Origin: a virus
Taxonomy: Duplodnaviria; Caudoviricetes
IMG/VR virus record: IMGVR_UViG_3300033485_000014
Coordinates: 1 to 56,482 of that record
Strand: one strand, 5' to 3'
DNA length: 56,482 nucleotides
Below the pieces are notes generated by a model. It was not told the origin of the DNA. It saw only the letters and a list, made by a program, of their open reading frames with translations, and ran no database searches. The translations under genes were made by a program, and so were the position numbers. This document shows positions 55,968-56,482 of the stretch, piece by piece; position 1 is the first letter of the stretch, and each line of letters opens with the position of its first letter.

Positions 55968-56363
55968 CTACAGCCACGCGACCTCATTGTTGGCTACATA
56001 GGTGAATCGCCCGACTACCGCATCAGCAACAAGAGCCTCAAACACCCACTTTCCCGCGTTCTGCGTACCCGTGTTGCGCGCTCGGACCTCGACAACGTCT
56101 CCACCTGGAGCAATCACATTGCCAGTCCAGCAATTCGCGCGTCGGAGCTCGGCTACCGTGCGAACAACGGGCGCCCCACGGACCTTGGTAACGGTGAACC
56201 GCTTGGCGGCGCAGCCTTCGCCCCAAATCTGGCCGTTACTCATGTGCGCCAAACGGCGGATGTTGCGACCGCAGTGAGCGCACTGCGCATCAGGCTCATC
56301 CTTGTGATGCTCGTCATTTAGCGTTGAGCGGCCGATAACTCGTAGCGTCTCGCGCGCCATCAT
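55968..56363 (-). CDS. Early Zn-binding hypothetical protein (start codon inside ITR)
   Basis: CAHCGR...GEGCAAK; ATG mirrors position 120. Confidence 0.65.
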   Translation of the reverse strand: MMARETLRVIGRSTLNDEHHKDEPDAQCAHCGRNIRRLAHMSNGQIWGEGCAAKRFTVTKVRGAPVVRTVAELRRANCWTGNVIAPGGDVVEVRARNTGTQNAGKWVFEALVADAVVGRFTYVANNEVAWL

Positions 56364-56482
56364 CTCTCTCCCTCTCTCCACCTCACTCTACGTCCCTCCG
56401 TTCTCATACGCAAGCATCAATCGCGCATCGTCACATATCGCCACGCTCACATCGCTCATCCCCCCGCCGCCACGCCTCATAC
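56356..56482 (-). repeat. Right inverted terminal repeat, 127 bp
   Basis: Reverse complement matches 1..127 base for base. Confidence 0.97.
56385..56413 (-). promoter_or_regulatory. sigma70-like promoter in right ITR (mirror copy)
   Basis: Identical copy of 70..98 on the minus strand, upstream of the ATG at 56363. Confidence 0.6.

Larger units (their letters stand above)
1..56482. mobile_element. Tailed dsDNA phage genome (contractile tail, Mu-like head), probably near-complete
   Basis: Ordered portal, S49 protease, capsid, neck, sheath, tube, chaperone, tape measure, baseplate, fibre and lysis genes, plus phage-type replication and recombination genes; ends are inverted repeats. Confidence 0.95.

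Noticed and set aside
1-56482. Transposable Mu-type phage or phage-plasmid
   Set aside because: Only the head genes are Mu-like; no DDE transposase, MuB, ParA/ParB, plasmid Rep or protelomerase recognised

Overview
The window looks like a complete or nearly complete ~56.5 kb GC-rich tailed dsDNA phage contig. It has a Mu-like head (S49 protease, gpT-like capsid) and a contractile tail with baseplate. It is bounded by an exact 127-bp inverted terminal repeat (1..127 and 56356..56482) containing a sigma70-like promoter, RBS and start codon, so small early genes read inward from both ends. Left arm: small genes, 5'-3' exonuclease, an internally duplicated RuvC-like protein, a MazG/PRA-PH-like pyrophosphatase, a terminase-like ATPase that seems to lack its nuclease domain, and a 1129-aa HTH-portal-K/A-rich-metallopeptidase fusion. 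A small leftward operon pairs CCA-ending tRNA-like RNAs with an XF1762/Mom-like GNAT protein. Head, tail and lysis modules follow. The right part holds Sak4/RecE-type recombination genes, HTH regulators, an SNF2-like helicase with DNA methyltransferase, a DEAD-box helicase, VRR-NUC, a replication ATPase, a DnaB-N-like protein, a bL12 C-terminal-domain protein and a 27-bp tandem-repeat protein. I recognised no integrase, DNA polymerase, primase, protelomerase, ParA or CRISPR array. All family calls come from motif recognition by eye, not database searches.
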